A DNA stretch of 64,000 nt from Macrostomum hystrix. Its lineage: Eukaryota; Animalia; Platyhelminthes. Positions 1 to 13,403 of this stretch are shown here, one piece after another (position 1 is the first letter of the stretch; the number at the start of each line of letters is the position of its first letter). The notes beneath the pieces are model-generated. The model saw only the letters and a list, made by a program, of their open reading frames with translations, was not told where the DNA came from and did not search any database. The DNA lies in assembly GCA_950097015.1 (NCBI GenBank), contig CATNEN010000002.1, forward strand, positions 2,418,001 to 2,482,000. The letters are read 5' to 3'. The translations under genes were made by a program, and so were the position numbers.

Positions 1-372
1 AGGGAGATGAAGGGAGACGAAGAGAGATGAAGGGAGATGAAAGGAGTTTAAGGAAAATGAAGGAAGATGAAGGGAGATGAAGGGAGATAAATGGAGATGA
101 AGGAAAATGAAGGAAGATGAATGAGATAATGGGAGATAAAGAAAGATGATAGAAGGAGATGAAGGGAGATAATGGGAAATGAAGAGAAATAAAGGGAGAT
201 AGAGGGAGAGGAAGGGAGACAAAGGGAGATGAAGGGAGATGAAGGGAGATGAAGGGAGATGAATAAGAATGAAGGGAGCGAAGAGAGATGAAGAGAGATG
301 AAGGGAGATGAAGGGAGATGAAGGGAGATGAAGGGAGATGAAGGGAGATGATGGGAGAAAAAGGAGATTAGG
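1..372. repeat. Purine-rich 10-bp tandem repeat (GAAGGGAGAT)n
   Basis: Repeated GAAGGGAGAT units with variants; runs off the window start. Confidence 0.95.
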
Positions 373-894
373 GAGCTATTTGAAAATATTGATGAAAAAC
401 AAGCAGAAAAGCATTGTCTATTCAGGAAAAATAGTAAAATATTTGCAGCAAAGCTAGTTCCAAGTGATATTCGCAGAGATGGAACTGAATCAAGTTGCAG
501 CTCTGCAGCAGCTCGGTCAGTGGCATGTTACTGATACTGTGCTCTCAGTCAAAGCCCAGGAGATATGAAATATTCGAATCGAATTTGTGATTGATGCTGC
601 TTAGATGAAACTGACAGCGGCCCAGTTCGCTAGCTTCAAATAGCTGGCGTGATTTCACTTTTCGCGGATTTTATCTAGCCGACCTGCAGCTGCATCCCTC
701 CAATTCCGCTCTATAGGCCCAGCTTTCAATTTATAAGCCGTGACGCAATCGTGCGACCGGTGTTACGCAATCAAGTAAATTATCAACTGAAATTTACAAA
801 AAATTGAAGGTGTTTGCTACACGGAATTTCTATACATTTTGTGTATCCAATTCTGATTGCTTCAATTGAAAGTCTGATATGAAGATAGTGATTC

Positions 895-1525
895 AGAAAG
901 TGCGGGATTTAGTTTTCTTTGTCGGATGTTTGAAGGATTTAAATTCGCGATTCGGAATGTGGGTTTCAATTTTGGATGTAGGATTCCAATTTTGGATGTG
1001 GGATTTTTTTTTGGGGTGTGGGATTTCGATGTTGGATGTGGATTTCGATGCTGGATGTGGGATTTCGATTTTGAATGTGGGATTTCGATTTTGGATGTGG
1101 GATTTCGATTCGGGATGTAGGATTTTTTATTCGGGATGTGGGATTTCGATTTGGGATGTAGGATTTTTTATTCGGGATGTGGGATTTCGATTTGGGATGT
1201 AGGATTTTTTATTCGGGATGTGGGATTTCGATTTGGGATATGGGATTTCGATTTTGGATGTGGGATTTTTTATTCGGGATGTAGGATTTTTTATTCGGGA
1301 TGTGGGATTTCAATTCGGGATGTGGGATTTCGATTCGGGATGTAGGATTTTTTATTCGGGATGTGGGATTTCGATTTGGGATGTGGGATTTCGATTTGGG
1401 ATGTGGGCTTTTTTATTCGGGATGTGGGATTTCGATTCGGCATGTGGGATTTCATTTCAAGATATGAGATTTCGATTTGGAATTTTTTTTAGATTCTTTT
1501 TCGATTTTAGATTTAGATTTTTAGA
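895..1525. repeat. Degenerate G/T-rich minisatellite (GGATGTGGGATTTCGATTT-like)
   Basis: Tandem GGGATTTCGATT / GGATTTTTTATTCGGGATGT units; the overlapping ORFs are repeat translations. Confidence 0.9.
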
Positions 1526-2022
1526 TTCTTTTTTTAGATTCTATACGCATTTTTTAGGATGTGCGTATAGCATTTTGATTAATTAGTGCGAATTTTTTTT
1601 CATTTTTTGAAGATCCATCGTAGAATTTATACAGCCGTTAACCTCTAGATCCAAAGGATACTGTGATTGCGGCTTAACTTAGCCATTGACCATGCCAATG
1701 AAAACATGAAATCGCAAATCATAAAAACGGAAACAAGCCTTGTGAAATAACAAAATTGTTCAGATCATCGATTTTGCCAAAACTCAACTTCCGATGCTTT
1801 AGAATGAACCCGACCAGATTAAATTTTATGGGCCACGAATTTCAGGTTTTTTCTGTTCAGCTTTGCGGTAATTTTAGTCAGTATTAAAAAAATTGTTTTT
1901 TTTAAAAAAAAATGTTACACATTGGCATTCGGCAAAGAGCAGAACTCAGAAAAATGATTTATTTATAAAAAATTTGTTAAATTTTTTTACCGCTGAATCA
2001 CTTATTGATTATTTTCTGACGT

Positions 2023-2593
2023 AGTGACAGAATCATGCCTGAAATAGTGACTGAATCATGCCTGAAATAGTGACTGAATCATGCCTGAAGTACTGACTGA
2101 ATCATGCCTGAGGTACTGACTGAATCATGTCTGAAGTACTGACTGAATCATGCCTGAAGTACTGACTGAATCATGTCTGAAGTACTGACTGAATCATGTC
2201 TGAAGTACTGACTGAATCATGTCTGAAGTACTGACTGAATCATGCCTGAAATAGTAACTGAATCATGCCTGAAATAGTGACCGAATCATGTCTGAGGTAC
2301 TGACTGAATCATGTCTGAAGTACTGACTGAATCATGCCTGAAGTACTGACTGAATCATGTCTGAAGTACTGACTGAATCATGTCTGAAGTACTGACTGAA
2401 TCATGTCTGAAGTACTGACTGAATCATGCCTGAAATAGTAACTGAATCATGCCTGAAATAGTGACCGAATCATGTCTGAGGTACTGACTGAATCATGTCT
2501 GAAGTACTGACTGAATCATGTCTGAAGTACTGACTGAATCATGCCTGAAGTACTGACTGAATCATGTCTGAAGTACTGACTGAATCATGTCTG
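2023..2593. repeat. 23-bp tandem repeat (TGACTGAATCATGTCTGAAGTAC)n
   Basis: About 25 near-identical 23-bp units with TGCC/TGTC and AATAG/AGTAC variants. Confidence 0.95.
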
Positions 2594-3227
2594 ACTAGAC
2601 TCATTATCAACAAGACTCTAGCTAAATAACTCGCTGATCAGAACCGCTATTTTTAGTATAACTTGCAGTTGGGATAAAAATCCCACACAAAACTGAGAAG
2701 GCGACAAAAGCAAAGTGTTCCGAACAAGCCGTCATCCTGATGTTCATTGCTGTATAAACACCAAACACAGCGCGGTATGCCATCGCCAATGTACACACCG
2801 AGTACGCGCGCCCCGCCTTGGTGACAAACCTCAACTTACTCTGCGGAATGAAATCAACTTGAGGTACGCGAGCCGGACGGACAGCTCGCCAACCAATGGG
2901 AGCAGACCTCACTGTACGCCGAAACTGAGCGCCCTCCAAGGGTAAGGGGAGGGAGGACGGGTGGGTGGCGTGTGAGGGGAGAGGATAAGAAATAGCCGGA
3001 GTGACGCAGCAGCCGGGACAGCTCTAGTTCAGACTAGAGGGTCCCAGACACCCACCCCAATCCTCTTCCTCCTTTTTCCTGTTCCCCTTCCCGCCTACCT
3101 TGGCTCAGCGGGTCCACTTTGCTTTGCGTTTTCCACTTCCTGGTCCCAGTCGAATTTCTGCGGCTGTGGAAGCAGCCAAACAACAGGCGGCGATCAGCTG
3201 ACTGTTCTGTTATTGAGAGCCCGCAGC

Positions 3228-3463
3228 ATGAAGGACAAGAAGATGAAGCCATCCTCCCATCATCAAAGGCATCGGCGTCATCATCAGCATCAGCAGCAGA
3301 ACCTGCGGGCAAGTCAGCAGTCGCACAAATCACTGGCCGCTTCATTGAGCTGCTTCAACAAGGCAGGAAGCTCCTGCAGCTCCTGCGACACAGACGAGGA
3401 TGCAGCCAGGTTCACCGGCATGCAGGATGAGGAGGCCACGGCACCCGGATCCCCCTGCGACTC
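3228..3463 (+). CDS. PDZ-DH-PH RhoGEF-like gene, exon 1
   Basis: ATG at 3228 (MKDKKMKPSSHHQRH...); donor GTGAGC at 3464, phase 2, compatible with the exon 2 acceptor. Confidence 0.6.
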
Positions 3464-3477
3464 GTGAGCTAGAGCTG

Positions 3478-5625
3478 GGGTTGGGATCTCTAGCTGGTGG
3501 TTGGGATCTGTAGTTAAGGCTTTGGGAGTTAGTTAAGGCTGTAGATAAGGCTTGGGATCTTAAGCTGGGTTTGCGATTTGATTATGGGGTTGGGATCTGT
3601 AGCTGGGGTTGGGATCTATAGATAAGGGTTGGGATCTGTAGCTGGGGTTGGGATCTGTAGCTGGGATTGGGATCTATAGATAAGGGTTGGGATCTGTAGC
3701 TGGGGTTGGGATCTGTAGCTGGGATTGGGATCTATAGCTGGTGGTTTGGGATCTGTAGCTGGTGGTTTGGGATCTGTAGCTGGGATTGGGATCTGTAGCT
3801 GGTGTTGGGGTCTGTAGCTGGGGTTGGGATCTGTAGCTGGGATTGGGATCTGTAGCTGGTGTTGGGGTCTGTAGATGGGGTTGGGATCTGTAGCTGGGAT
3901 TGGGATCTGTTGCTGATGGTTTGGGATCTGTAGCTGGTGGCTGGGATCTGTAGTTAAGGCTTTGGGAGTTAGTTAAGGCTGTAGATAAGGCTTGGGATCT
4001 TAAGCTGGGTTTGCGATTTGATTATGGGGTTGGGATCTGTAGCTGGGGTTGGGATCTATAGATAAGGGTTGGGATCTGTAGCTGGGGTTGGGATCTGTAG
4101 CTGGGATTGGGATCTATAGCTGGTGGTTTGGGATCTGTAGCTGGTGGTTTGGGATCTGTAGCTGGTGGTTTGGGATCTGTAGCTGGTGGTTTGGGATCTG
4201 TAGCTGGTGGTTTGGGATCTGTAGCTGGTGGTTTGGGATCTGTAGCTGGTGGTTTGGGATCTGTAGCTGGTGGTTTGGGATCTGTAGCTGGTGGTTTGGG
4301 ATCTGTAGCTGGGGTTGGGATCTGTAGCTGGTGTTGGGGTCTGTAGCTGGGGTTGGGATCTGTAGCTGGGATTGGGATCTGTTGCTGATGGTTTGGGATC
4401 TGTAGCTGGTGGCTGGGATCTGTAGTTAAGGCTTTGGGAGTTAGTTAAGGCTGATAAGGCTTGGGATCTTAAGCTGGGTTTGCGATTTGATTATGGGGTT
4501 GGGATCTGTAGCTGGGGTTGGGATCTATAGATAAGGGTTGGGATCTGTAGCTGGGGTTGGGATCTGTAGCTGGGGTTGGGATCTGTAGCTGGGGTTGGGA
4601 TCTGTAGCTGGGATTGGGATCTATAGCTGGTGGTTTGGGATCTGTAGCTGGTGGTTTGGGATCTGTAGCTGGGGTTGGGATCTGTAGCTGGTGTTGGGGT
4701 CTGTAGCTGGTGGTTTGGGATCTGTAGCTGGGGTTGGGATCTGTTGCTGATGGTTTGGGATCTGTAGCTGGTGGCTGGGATCTGTAGTTAAGGCTTGGGA
4801 TCTGTAGATAAGGATTGGGATCTGTAGATAAGGCTTGGGATCTGTAGATAAGGCTTGGGATCTGTAGCTGGGTTTGGGATTTGAAGATGGGGTTGGGATC
4901 TGTAGCTGGGTTTGGGATTTGAATATGGGGTTGGGATCTGTAGCTGGTGGTTTGGGATCTGTAGCTGGGGTTGGGATCTGTAGCTGGTGTTGGGGTCTGT
5001 AGCTGGGGTTGGGATCTGTAGCTGGGATTGGGATCTGTTGCTGATGGTTTGGGATCTGTAGCTGGTGGCTGGGATCTGTAGTTAAGGCTTTGGGAGTTAG
5101 TTAAGGCTGATAAGGCTTGGGATCTTAAGCTGGGTTTGCGATTTGATTATGGGGTTGGGATCTGTAGCTGGGGTTGGGATCTATAGATAAGGGTTGGGAT
5201 CTGTAGCTGGGGTTGGGATCTGTAGCTGGGGTTGGGATCTGTAGCTGGGGTTGGGATCTGTAGCTGGGATTGGGATCTATAGCTGGTGGTTTGGGATCTG
5301 TAGCTGGTGGTTTGGGATCTGTAGCTGGGGTTGGGATCTGTAGCTGGTGTTGGGGTCTGTAGCTGGTGGTTTGGGATCTGTAGCTGGGGTTGGGATCTGT
5401 TGCTGATGGTTTGGGATCTGTAGCTGGTGGCTGGGATCTGTAGTTAAGGCTTGGGATCTGTAGATAAGGATTGGGATCTGTAGATAAGGCTTGGGATCTG
5501 TAGATAAGGCTTGGGATCTGTAGCTGGGTTTGGGATTTGAAGATGGGGTTGGGATCTGTAGCTGGGTTTGGGATTTGAATATGGGGTTGGGATCTGTAAC
5601 TGGTGGTTGGGATCTGTAGCTTGGG
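3478..5625. repeat. G-rich minisatellite (GGGATCTGTAGCTGGGGTT-like) in intron 1, with higher-order duplication
   Basis: Hundreds of GGGATCTGTAGCT cores. The block TAGTTAAGGCTTTGGGAGTTAGTTAAGG recurs near 3510, 3950, 4420 and 5080. Confidence 0.95.
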
Positions 5626-6389
5626 ATTTAAATAGGGAATCCTAGATTGGGATTGGATTAGTTTAAAATCTAGAATTGGGGATCGGAAAGTTTATTAAGG
5701 CAACCTTATTTTCGAAATACTCGGTTATTTTAATTAAAATCTAACACAGCTCTTAGATAGCGTACCAACCCGGATCTTAGATCTGAGATCTCAGACCAGA
5801 ATTCTGGAAGATTAGTGACAAACTGGAGCCAGCCTAGTCTATCTCCAATCTCCAATCTTGATATTTAGAAACTCGATCTGGCCAGTATTTCACACTGGAC
5901 TAGCTGCTCAGTATCATTATATCTGCGCGCTCCATCGCCTGTGAGTATGAAGCGGCCCTTGGAGGGTCAGCTCCAATAGATTGATAGCCGATTTTGATAG
6001 GACCAGTTCGACCAATCAATAAGCGAATGTACTTTAGTTGCCAATCTAGCTAATACTGGGACTGCCTGCATTTGTAAAATTATAATGGGATTCTGAAAGC
6101 GTCGAAACTTGATTCCTAATCGAAAAAGACGAGCTGGGGATTTTAATTGGGATTTTTATTAGGATTCGAATTCAATTTGGCTTTGATTTGATTGTACAGT
6201 TTTAATTTAAGCTTGTGCCGCTTTAAACTGTGCAGGCAGTTTTACAATAGCCCAGCTATTCTGTCCCTAACCGAACAATTAGCCGATATGTGTTGAAAAA
6301 AGTTTTTTTATGGTTTTCGTCAAAAGTTAAAACAAATATTGAACTAGCGAATGCTCAGCATTGACTGCTACTATTTCGTTGTATCGCAG

Positions 6390-6645
6390 CACGCGCGTTG
6401 GCTGCATGTCCCTTCGCCGTGACAAGCGATGTTCTGCAACTGCGTCGGGGGCCGCAGCCGGCGCGGCTCTGTCGGATCCTCACCGACTTGACGATGGCTG
6501 GTGCTACGCCCTGAGCACTGATGAGCACCTGCTGCGAATGGGCGATAAGCGGCGCACGTCCGGTTGCTATGAAGACGAAGCGGCGCCAGCTGACGCGTTG
6601 CTAGCAGCAGCCAGTGATCCGTGCGGAAGGACCGAGCAGAGAGCG
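6390..6645 (+). CDS. PDZ-DH-PH RhoGEF-like gene, exon 2
   Basis: Acceptor TATCGCAG at 6389 (phase 2); open frame TRVGCMSLRR...TEQRA; donor GTGAGC at 6646 (phase 0). Confidence 0.6.
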
Positions 6646-6719
6646 GTGAGCACAGGTTGACCAGTTTGAGTACACTTTAAGCCTATCTACCATAAGAAGA
6701 CCGCCGATTTCAATTCCCA

Positions 6720-7330
6720 TCCCAATCTTAATCGCGGATCTTAATCTCAATCTCAATCTTAATCAAATCCAATTTCAATGTCAATCCCAAATTAAATCCT
6801 GAACTAAATCCCAATCTAAATGTCTAATCAAAGCCCAGTGTGAATTTCAAATGAATTCTCCAAATCTAAATCCAAGATCGAATCCCAATCTAAATCCGAA
6901 ATCAAATCCCAATATAAATCCAAAATCAAATCCCAATCTAAATCCGAAATCAAATCCCAATCTAAATCCAAAATCAAATTCCAATCTAAATCCAAAATCG
7001 AATCCCAATCTAAATCCAAAATCGAATCCAAATCTAAATCCAAAATCGAATCCCAATCTAAATCCAAAATCAAATTCCAATCTAAATCCAAAATCGAATC
7101 CCAATCTAAATCCAAAATCGAATCCCAATCTAAATCCAAAATCGAATCCAAATCTAAATCCAAAATCGAATCCCAATCTAAATCCAAAATCGAATTCCAA
7201 TCTAAATCCTAACTCGAATCCCAATCTAAATCCAAAATCGAATCCAAATCTAAATCCAAAATCGAATCCAAATCTAAATCCAAAATCGAATCCCAATCTA
7301 AATCCAAAATCAAATCCCTAAATCAAATTC
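6720..7330. repeat. 24-bp tandem repeat (AATCTAAATCCAAAATCGAATCCC)n
   Basis: Tandem array; the NPNLNPKS and GFDFGFRL ORFs are repeat translations. Confidence 0.95.
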
Positions 7331-7794
7331 AAATGTTGTCCATATACACATTCAGCCTGAAGATTGAAAGCATGAAAGCCAAATTTTGGCCCAATCTCAA
7401 CAGCCTGTCAATCAGTTCTAAGAATCTAGATTGATCATCAATTAGCATTTGGGTCAGGGTCATTAGCACAGAGACTTCGTGTATTACCATGAAGCATGAT
7501 AGTCGCTCTAGAACGGCTAGTAACTATTTTGTTAATCTAATCCGTTTTTATGTACTTTCCTGCTGGCAACCAACTTGAAAGACCCTGGCTTTTTATCTGG
7601 TTTCATCAACTAAGAAATAGGGTGTACTTTTATGGAGGAAAATGATAGAGGAGTCACACTAATAATTTTGACAACTGCAGCTACGCTTGCAAAATAGTCA
7701 GCTAGTTTATACTTGTAATTTCTAAATAGTTTTGGCACGCTGAAACTGGCTTGCTGTGAACTCGGCATGAAATGAGGAACCCCCCTTCTGTCTC

Positions 7795-8045
7795 ATTCTG
7801 CCTGTCCCCGCTCCCTCTTCCTCTCTCCCTCTGCCTCTACTCCTCCCTCTTCCTCTCTCCCTCTGCCTCTACTCCTCCCTCTTCCTCTCTCCCTCTGCCT
7901 CTACTCCTCCCTCTTCCTCTCTCCCTCTGCCTCTACTCCTCCCTCTTCCTCTCTCCCTCTGCCTCTAGTCCTCCCTCTTTCTCTCTCCCTCTGCCTCTAC
8001 TCCTCTCTCTTCCTCTCACCCTCTCCCTCTCCTCTCCATCTCCCT
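7795..8045. repeat. Pyrimidine-rich ~30-bp repeat (CTCTCCCTCTGCCTCTACTCCTCCCTCTTC)n
   Basis: Directly visible CT-rich tandem units. Confidence 0.9.
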
Positions 8046-9240
8046 CCCAAAGAATTTTCAAAGCATCACTCATGCCGCAAGGTCAGACTCATCAGGTTTA
8101 TTGCTGTCTGGAAGCAACCAGCAGCAGAAGACTAGACATGAGAATGCAATACAATTCGCTGCTTTGGTATGCAAATCAGGGCTGACTGCTAACCGCCCCA
8201 AAACCCTTCTCCCCCCGGCGTCAACTGTCAGATCCCATTCTGGTATCCGGGGGGGATTTGGTTGGGCTAAGTCTGCAGCTGCAATCGAACAAAAGAAAAA
8301 TCTGAAACGGTCGCATGAAAATGCACTTAGCTAGCTAGGGACAACCAACTGAAAGGCAAACGTGCAAGCAAATGCAGTTGCAAGGAGAATAATGTGGGCT
8401 GCCCTGTCGACGGTCATTACTGCGGCTTTTTTTGGCTTTAAAAGGCCAAATTCAGCAGGCGCAGAGTCAGCGCAGACAGGTACAACTCTGATTGTATCGG
8501 GTGTGAAGCAATATCTGAGCCTTTGACGGCTGGGGAAATGCATACCTGGGCGCATTGCTGTTAGTTGACTATGCGAGAAGAAAAAACACAGCCTTGCAGA
8601 TTAAAAGTCCAAATACATACAGCAAGCTACCTCCATCTGCAGTTGTTACCATGCAGCCGCTGTTCCGTCCCGAGACTGAAATCGAGGGGGAGAAATATGG
8701 AGGATCTGAACAGATAGTGCTGGGATCTGACAGGCCCCTCTATATTCCACTTGGCCCCAGGCAGTCTAACTAAATCTTTCACATTGTCCATCTATCGGGC
8801 CACGGCAAAGTGCAGCTTGTAGGGAAGAGTTGTGCTTGGTGCCACAATGGCTGTGTTGGCAAATTTAGTCGTATTGGGGGGTCTAAGCACGCTGGATCGT
8901 AGATATAGCTCTAGTCGAAAAGTAAAGGTCAGGTGAAACATTGTCTTATATATTTCCTGCTACCAATAGATCGGCTATAGACCACAGCCTGTCCCAGGTG
9001 CACTTAATCAGTTGGAATTCCAGGAAATATAACCTGTGCTGGGTGGTGATGCAGTCAATTTTGCAAAGTTTGTTTCTGCAAGATGGTGCACAGACTATCA
9101 GTCAGGCAGCCAGAGCCCAGAGGATAGATAAAATCATTTATTGTCGAAGGCTTTCTTGATTTGTCCAACGGAAACAGATAAGCAGAGTGTACGTTCATTG
9201 AATTAATTGGGAAAGAGTTTAAAAAATACATGTACAAGTT

Positions 9241-9597
9241 GTACATCCATTTAATGAATCGGGAAAGAGATTGAAAGAATGTACATCCATTTAATAAATC
9301 GGGAAAGAGATTGAAAGAATGTACATCCATTTAATAAATCGGGAAAGAGATTGAAAGAATGTACATCCATTTAATAAATCGGGAAAAAGATTGAAAGAAT
9401 GTACATCCATTTAATAAATCGGGAAAGAGATTGAAAGAATGTACATCCATTTAATAAATCGGGAAAGAGATTGAAAGAATGTACATCCATTTAATAAATC
9501 GGGAAAGAGATTGAAAGAATGTACATCCATTTAATAAATCGGGAAAGAGATTGAAAGAATGTACATCCATTTAATGAATCGGGAAAGAGATTGAAAG
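9241..9597. repeat. 40-bp tandem repeat (GTACATCCATTTAATAAATCGGGAAAGAGATTGAAAGAAT) x ~9
   Basis: Near-perfect head-to-tail units with no spacers. Confidence 0.95.
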
Positions 9598-9687
9598 TGA
9601 GTGAAAATGTAGATTGTTTCAGTCATGAAAGATTTCAGATAACATAAGCCGCTGACAGGTCGTGAATGTCCACTTCTGTTCGTAAAG

Positions 9688-9914
9688 TACACCAACGCAA
9701 CGCACCCGTCGCATTGTTCTCAGTTCACACTGGACCGCAGCGGAGCGAGCGGCTACGGCTTCACTCTGGTCGGTTCGCAGCCGGTCAGAGTCGGCAAGGT
9801 CGAAGCAGACTCCCCAGCCGGACGGGCCGGCATTCGCAGCGGAGACATTGTGGTCAGCATCAACGGCGAGACTGTTCTCAGCTGCACCTGCGACCGAGTT
9901 GTACACGCTATCAG
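9688..9914 (+). CDS. PDZ-DH-PH RhoGEF-like gene, exon 3 (PDZ domain)
   Basis: A frame missing from the ORF track reads FTLDRSGASGYGFTLVGSQPVRVGKVEADSPAGRAGIRSGDIVVSINGETVLSCTCDRVVHAIR, with a GYGF loop and the SPA-AG-GD-INGE PDZ signature. Donor GTGAGG at 9915. Acceptor is 9687 or 9723 (both phase 0). Confidence 0.85.
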
Positions 9915-11296
9915 GTGAGGCCGAAAAATTGTCTGTGGGGATTTGATGTTTAAGTGGCTAAAATATGGGATTTCTTTGCTGGAGTACTTATTTAATCCCA
10001 TTTTTAGAAGATTGGATAATTTCAACCATGGGACCAAAATCTCCTACTTTGGGATTATTGTCCCGAATCACATGGTCACAATTCCGAATAATGGGATCAG
10101 ACCTTGACAACAGGACCTCGAAATAGACCACGCTATTTCTCCCCAAAGGAAAGACTATAGGGGTATTTCAAATACCCGCTGCCTACTTCATGATAGCTGC
10201 AAAACCGAATGACGGATTTATCTGAAACTGAAAACCAGATTATCTGAAACCAGAGTCCATGTTCTGGATTTTCATAGCGATTGGTTAAATACTTTAGGAG
10301 ACATGGGTACAGAAAGAAAGAAAGAAAATCACAACCATTGATATCATGGGATTAATATGCCAAATCATGGGATCGGAACCTTTAGCCAGGGATCATAATC
10401 TCCTTTTTTGGGATTTTAACCTCAGATCATGAGATAATTATCCCAAATCTTAAGACTCCAAAATCCAACATCGTGTGATAAGTATCCAAAATTCAAATGA
10501 TTATTATCCCTAATCAAGGGATCTAGTCTCAATGCATTCCCTAGTCCCGCCAAAACACTTGGTTTAGGGCTAAAGTAGCTATCCTGAAAATAATTATGAA
10601 GAGGCTACAAGACGAAGGGTAGCAGCCAGATCAATGCGATGAGTCACACCGACACAAGAGTAACCCCGAGGTCGCTAGGCACCCGAGCAAGCTGGCAGGG
10701 CAGAGCAGAAGACAAGGGGATGTGAAGGGTAACAAAATTTCCTGTGTGGAAACGAGCGACACTCAAAAAAGCATGGGGGTGAGGGGAGTGGAGAGGGGAG
10801 AAAGGGGAAAGGCGGAACAGCTGAAAAAATGATGGCTTCTCTTCGTAGTTGAAGGGGGATACAACATTTTCTGCGGCCTCTGGGATCTCCGTGTGGGTTG
10901 AGTTGCAGTAGGAAGAGAGAGACAAAAGTGTGACACAATTCTCGTATATAGCAACGAGTAGTCCTGGGTCATGTTGATTGTCGAGGAGCCCTCGATAGAT
11001 AAAAATATAACACCTAGGCCAGTTGTTATAGCGCGCTTGTAATCCAGGCCTTGGTAACAGTTGAGAGAGCAACTCAAGCTTAAGTTCCCAAGTCTTGCCT
11101 TCCCGCTCCGTTGTCTGAAGCTCCGAGGGATCTAAGCTCTGGGAAATTGTACTTTTGCGAATCTGCTCCACACGAATCAATGGTACTGGTAGGGATTTGC
11201 ACAGATTTGGGTTATAGATTATAGAAAAATGATTCCAATCATAGCTAGGCCTCGCGTTTTTAACCAAATCCCATATCCGATCCCGCACTAACACAG

Positions 11297-13403
11297 GCTC
11301 TGTCCCTACCGCCTGGACATTGGCGTTCAACGGTGGCTAGAACCACCGCCAGAGGAAGTTGCGACCGAGCTGCCTCTCATGGCACAACTGCCTCAGCAGC
11401 AGCAGCAGCAGCAGCAACCGACGCCTCCTCCCCTCCCAATGTCCCCGATTCCACAGCCGAAGCCGACCACTCCGACGCCGTCGCATCTGCAGCAGCTGGC
11501 AGTGACTGGTGATTTCGGTTCGCTCTCGATTCGCCGACGAATTCAGCATCGACCTCAGCGCAGCGCCATTTCCCAGGTCGCTTCTGTTGCTGCGGCAGGA
11601 ATAGTCGGAGTCGGAGTAGGCGGCGGCGGCGGCGGTGGCAGTTGTCGCTCGCAGCTGCTGGAGGTTCGCGGCTTCGCTAGTCCATCGCCAACCCCTGCCG
11701 GTGCAATCGCCACTCTTGGCCGAGCTCGCTCCGCCGTAGTCCTGGAGGAGCTGCGCCAACGGCCTCAGCAACAGTACCTGTACCAATATCAGTACCAGCA
11801 CCAGCAGCAGTACCAGCTACTCCAGCAACAGCAGCAGCAGCGGCAGCAGCAGCAGCAGCAGCAGCAGCAGTATCAGCAGCAGCGTATACTCAGTCCACAG
11901 CCGCAGCAGTATCGCCGTGTTCAGCAGCAGCCGCAGCAGCAGCAGCAGCAGCATAGCCAGCTGCTTCAATGCCAGTCGGCCATCTGCGAAGTGGCCGACT
12001 GTTGTCAGCGTCTTGGCCGTCAGCGCGCCATCTCTCAGCTGGTGCTGCGCGAAGAGTCCTTCGCCAGAACCCTGACAACCTGCCGGCGTCACTATCGACG
12101 CCGTCTGGCGCGTCGGCTAGCTGAGGATGAGCTGCGCACTCTTTTCTTCAACCAGGACGCTCTGCTGGCCGCCACACGCACCGCCCTGCAGCAGATTCGC
12201 AGCAGCTGCGGCAATTCAGCAAACTCGGCAGAGGTGGATAACATCGGCCAGATCTACCGAGCCCGTCTATTTCAGCTGTGCGACGACTATCGCGAGTACG
12301 CGCAGAACCTGGCCGAGGCAGGCCTGCCACTGCTGGAGCGGCTGCGCGCCACGGTGCCCAGTCTGGTCGCGGACGTCTACATGCCGGGCGAGCAGTTCGA
12401 GGACGAGGAGCAGGAGGATGTCAAAAATCAGGAAGAAGACGCTTGCGACAACGAAGATGAGCTGCTGCAACCGCCGCCTCTTCGCACCTGCCTGCTGCGG
12501 CCGGTCTCGCACCTGGCCGGCCTGGCCCGCGACTTCAGCTCCATCCTGGCCTGCACGCCGGCCACCCACTACGACCACCTCTTCGCTGAGGACGTGCAGC
12601 AGAACCTGGAACATTGCGCGTCCCTCATGCCGCAGATGCCGCCAGAGCTTCCGCCAAATCCAATGGTTTCGTCGATGACGTCAAGCTCTATGCAGCTCTT
12701 GCCGCCGCAGTCGCCGGCAGCGCAGCGCGACCAGCAGCAGAGGCATCCGACAACATCGCCGACAGCCCACAGCCTGGTGGCGTCATCCTCGGGAGTCTCG
12801 AGCGAACAGTCAGGCGCAGCTGCCGCGATCGAAATGCAGCATCCACATCTCCATCATCAGCTGCATCTTCTTCCCCAGCAGCAGCAGCATCAGCAGCAGC
12901 AGCAGCAGCATCAGCACTCGCAGTCCGACGCGGGTGGAGGTGGCGTTAGCGAGCTGACCGCCTTGCAGCAGCGTCTGATTTTCCCGGGCCACGTGAGGCC
13001 GTTTCACCTACCGGCTCCCGGGCGCAGACTGGCCCTTTCCGGCGAGCTGCTCTGGCACCCGACACCGCAGCAGCAGCAGCAGCAGCTCATGCTGCAGTCC
13101 CGTCGAGTGCACGTCGTTCTCCTGACCGACCTGCTCTTGTTGACTCAGCGGCGGCCAGGCGACTCCTGCCTTCTGGCTTTGGCGGAACCCTGCCGCCTCT
13201 CCGGCTGCTGCCAGGCCGCCTTCGACTGTCCAGGACGCCTCTTTCAGCTGGCCTTCTCGCCGCTATCGTTGAACACTGCCAGCTCGGCTGCGGTGGCAGG
13301 CGGCGGCGGGCTAGTGCTTCTGCTGGAGGCGCCAAGCTTGGAGGCCAAGCAGCTGTGGCGACTTTGCATTGCCCAGTTGCTGCTGAGTGGCATCACAGCC
13401 TGA
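11297..13403 (+). CDS. PDZ-DH-PH RhoGEF-like gene, exon 4 (PDZ end, polyQ, DH and PH domains)
   Basis: Acceptor CTAACACAG at 11296 (phase 2) gives ...AIR-LCPYRLDIGVQR, completing the PDZ domain. DH motifs: RQRAISQLVLREESF, LFFNQ, LLRPVSHL, ILACTPATHYDH. PH motifs: RRLALSGEL, VHVVLLTDLLLLT, LEAPSLEAKQLW. Stop at 13401-13403. Confidence 0.85.

Noticed and set aside
895-7330. Complementary G-rich and C-rich arrays as circRNA-promoting elements
   Set aside because: The best-matching G-rich array (895-1525) lies upstream of the probable TSS, and the intron 1 array is only weakly complementary to the intron 2 array.
9241-9597. CRISPR-like 40-bp repeats
   Set aside because: Head-to-tail tandem units with no unique spacers, no cas genes, and a eukaryotic intron context.
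10644-11330. 228-aa antisense ORF in the RhoGEF intron
   Set aside because: No recognisable domain or retroelement motif, and it partly overlaps the exon 4 acceptor.
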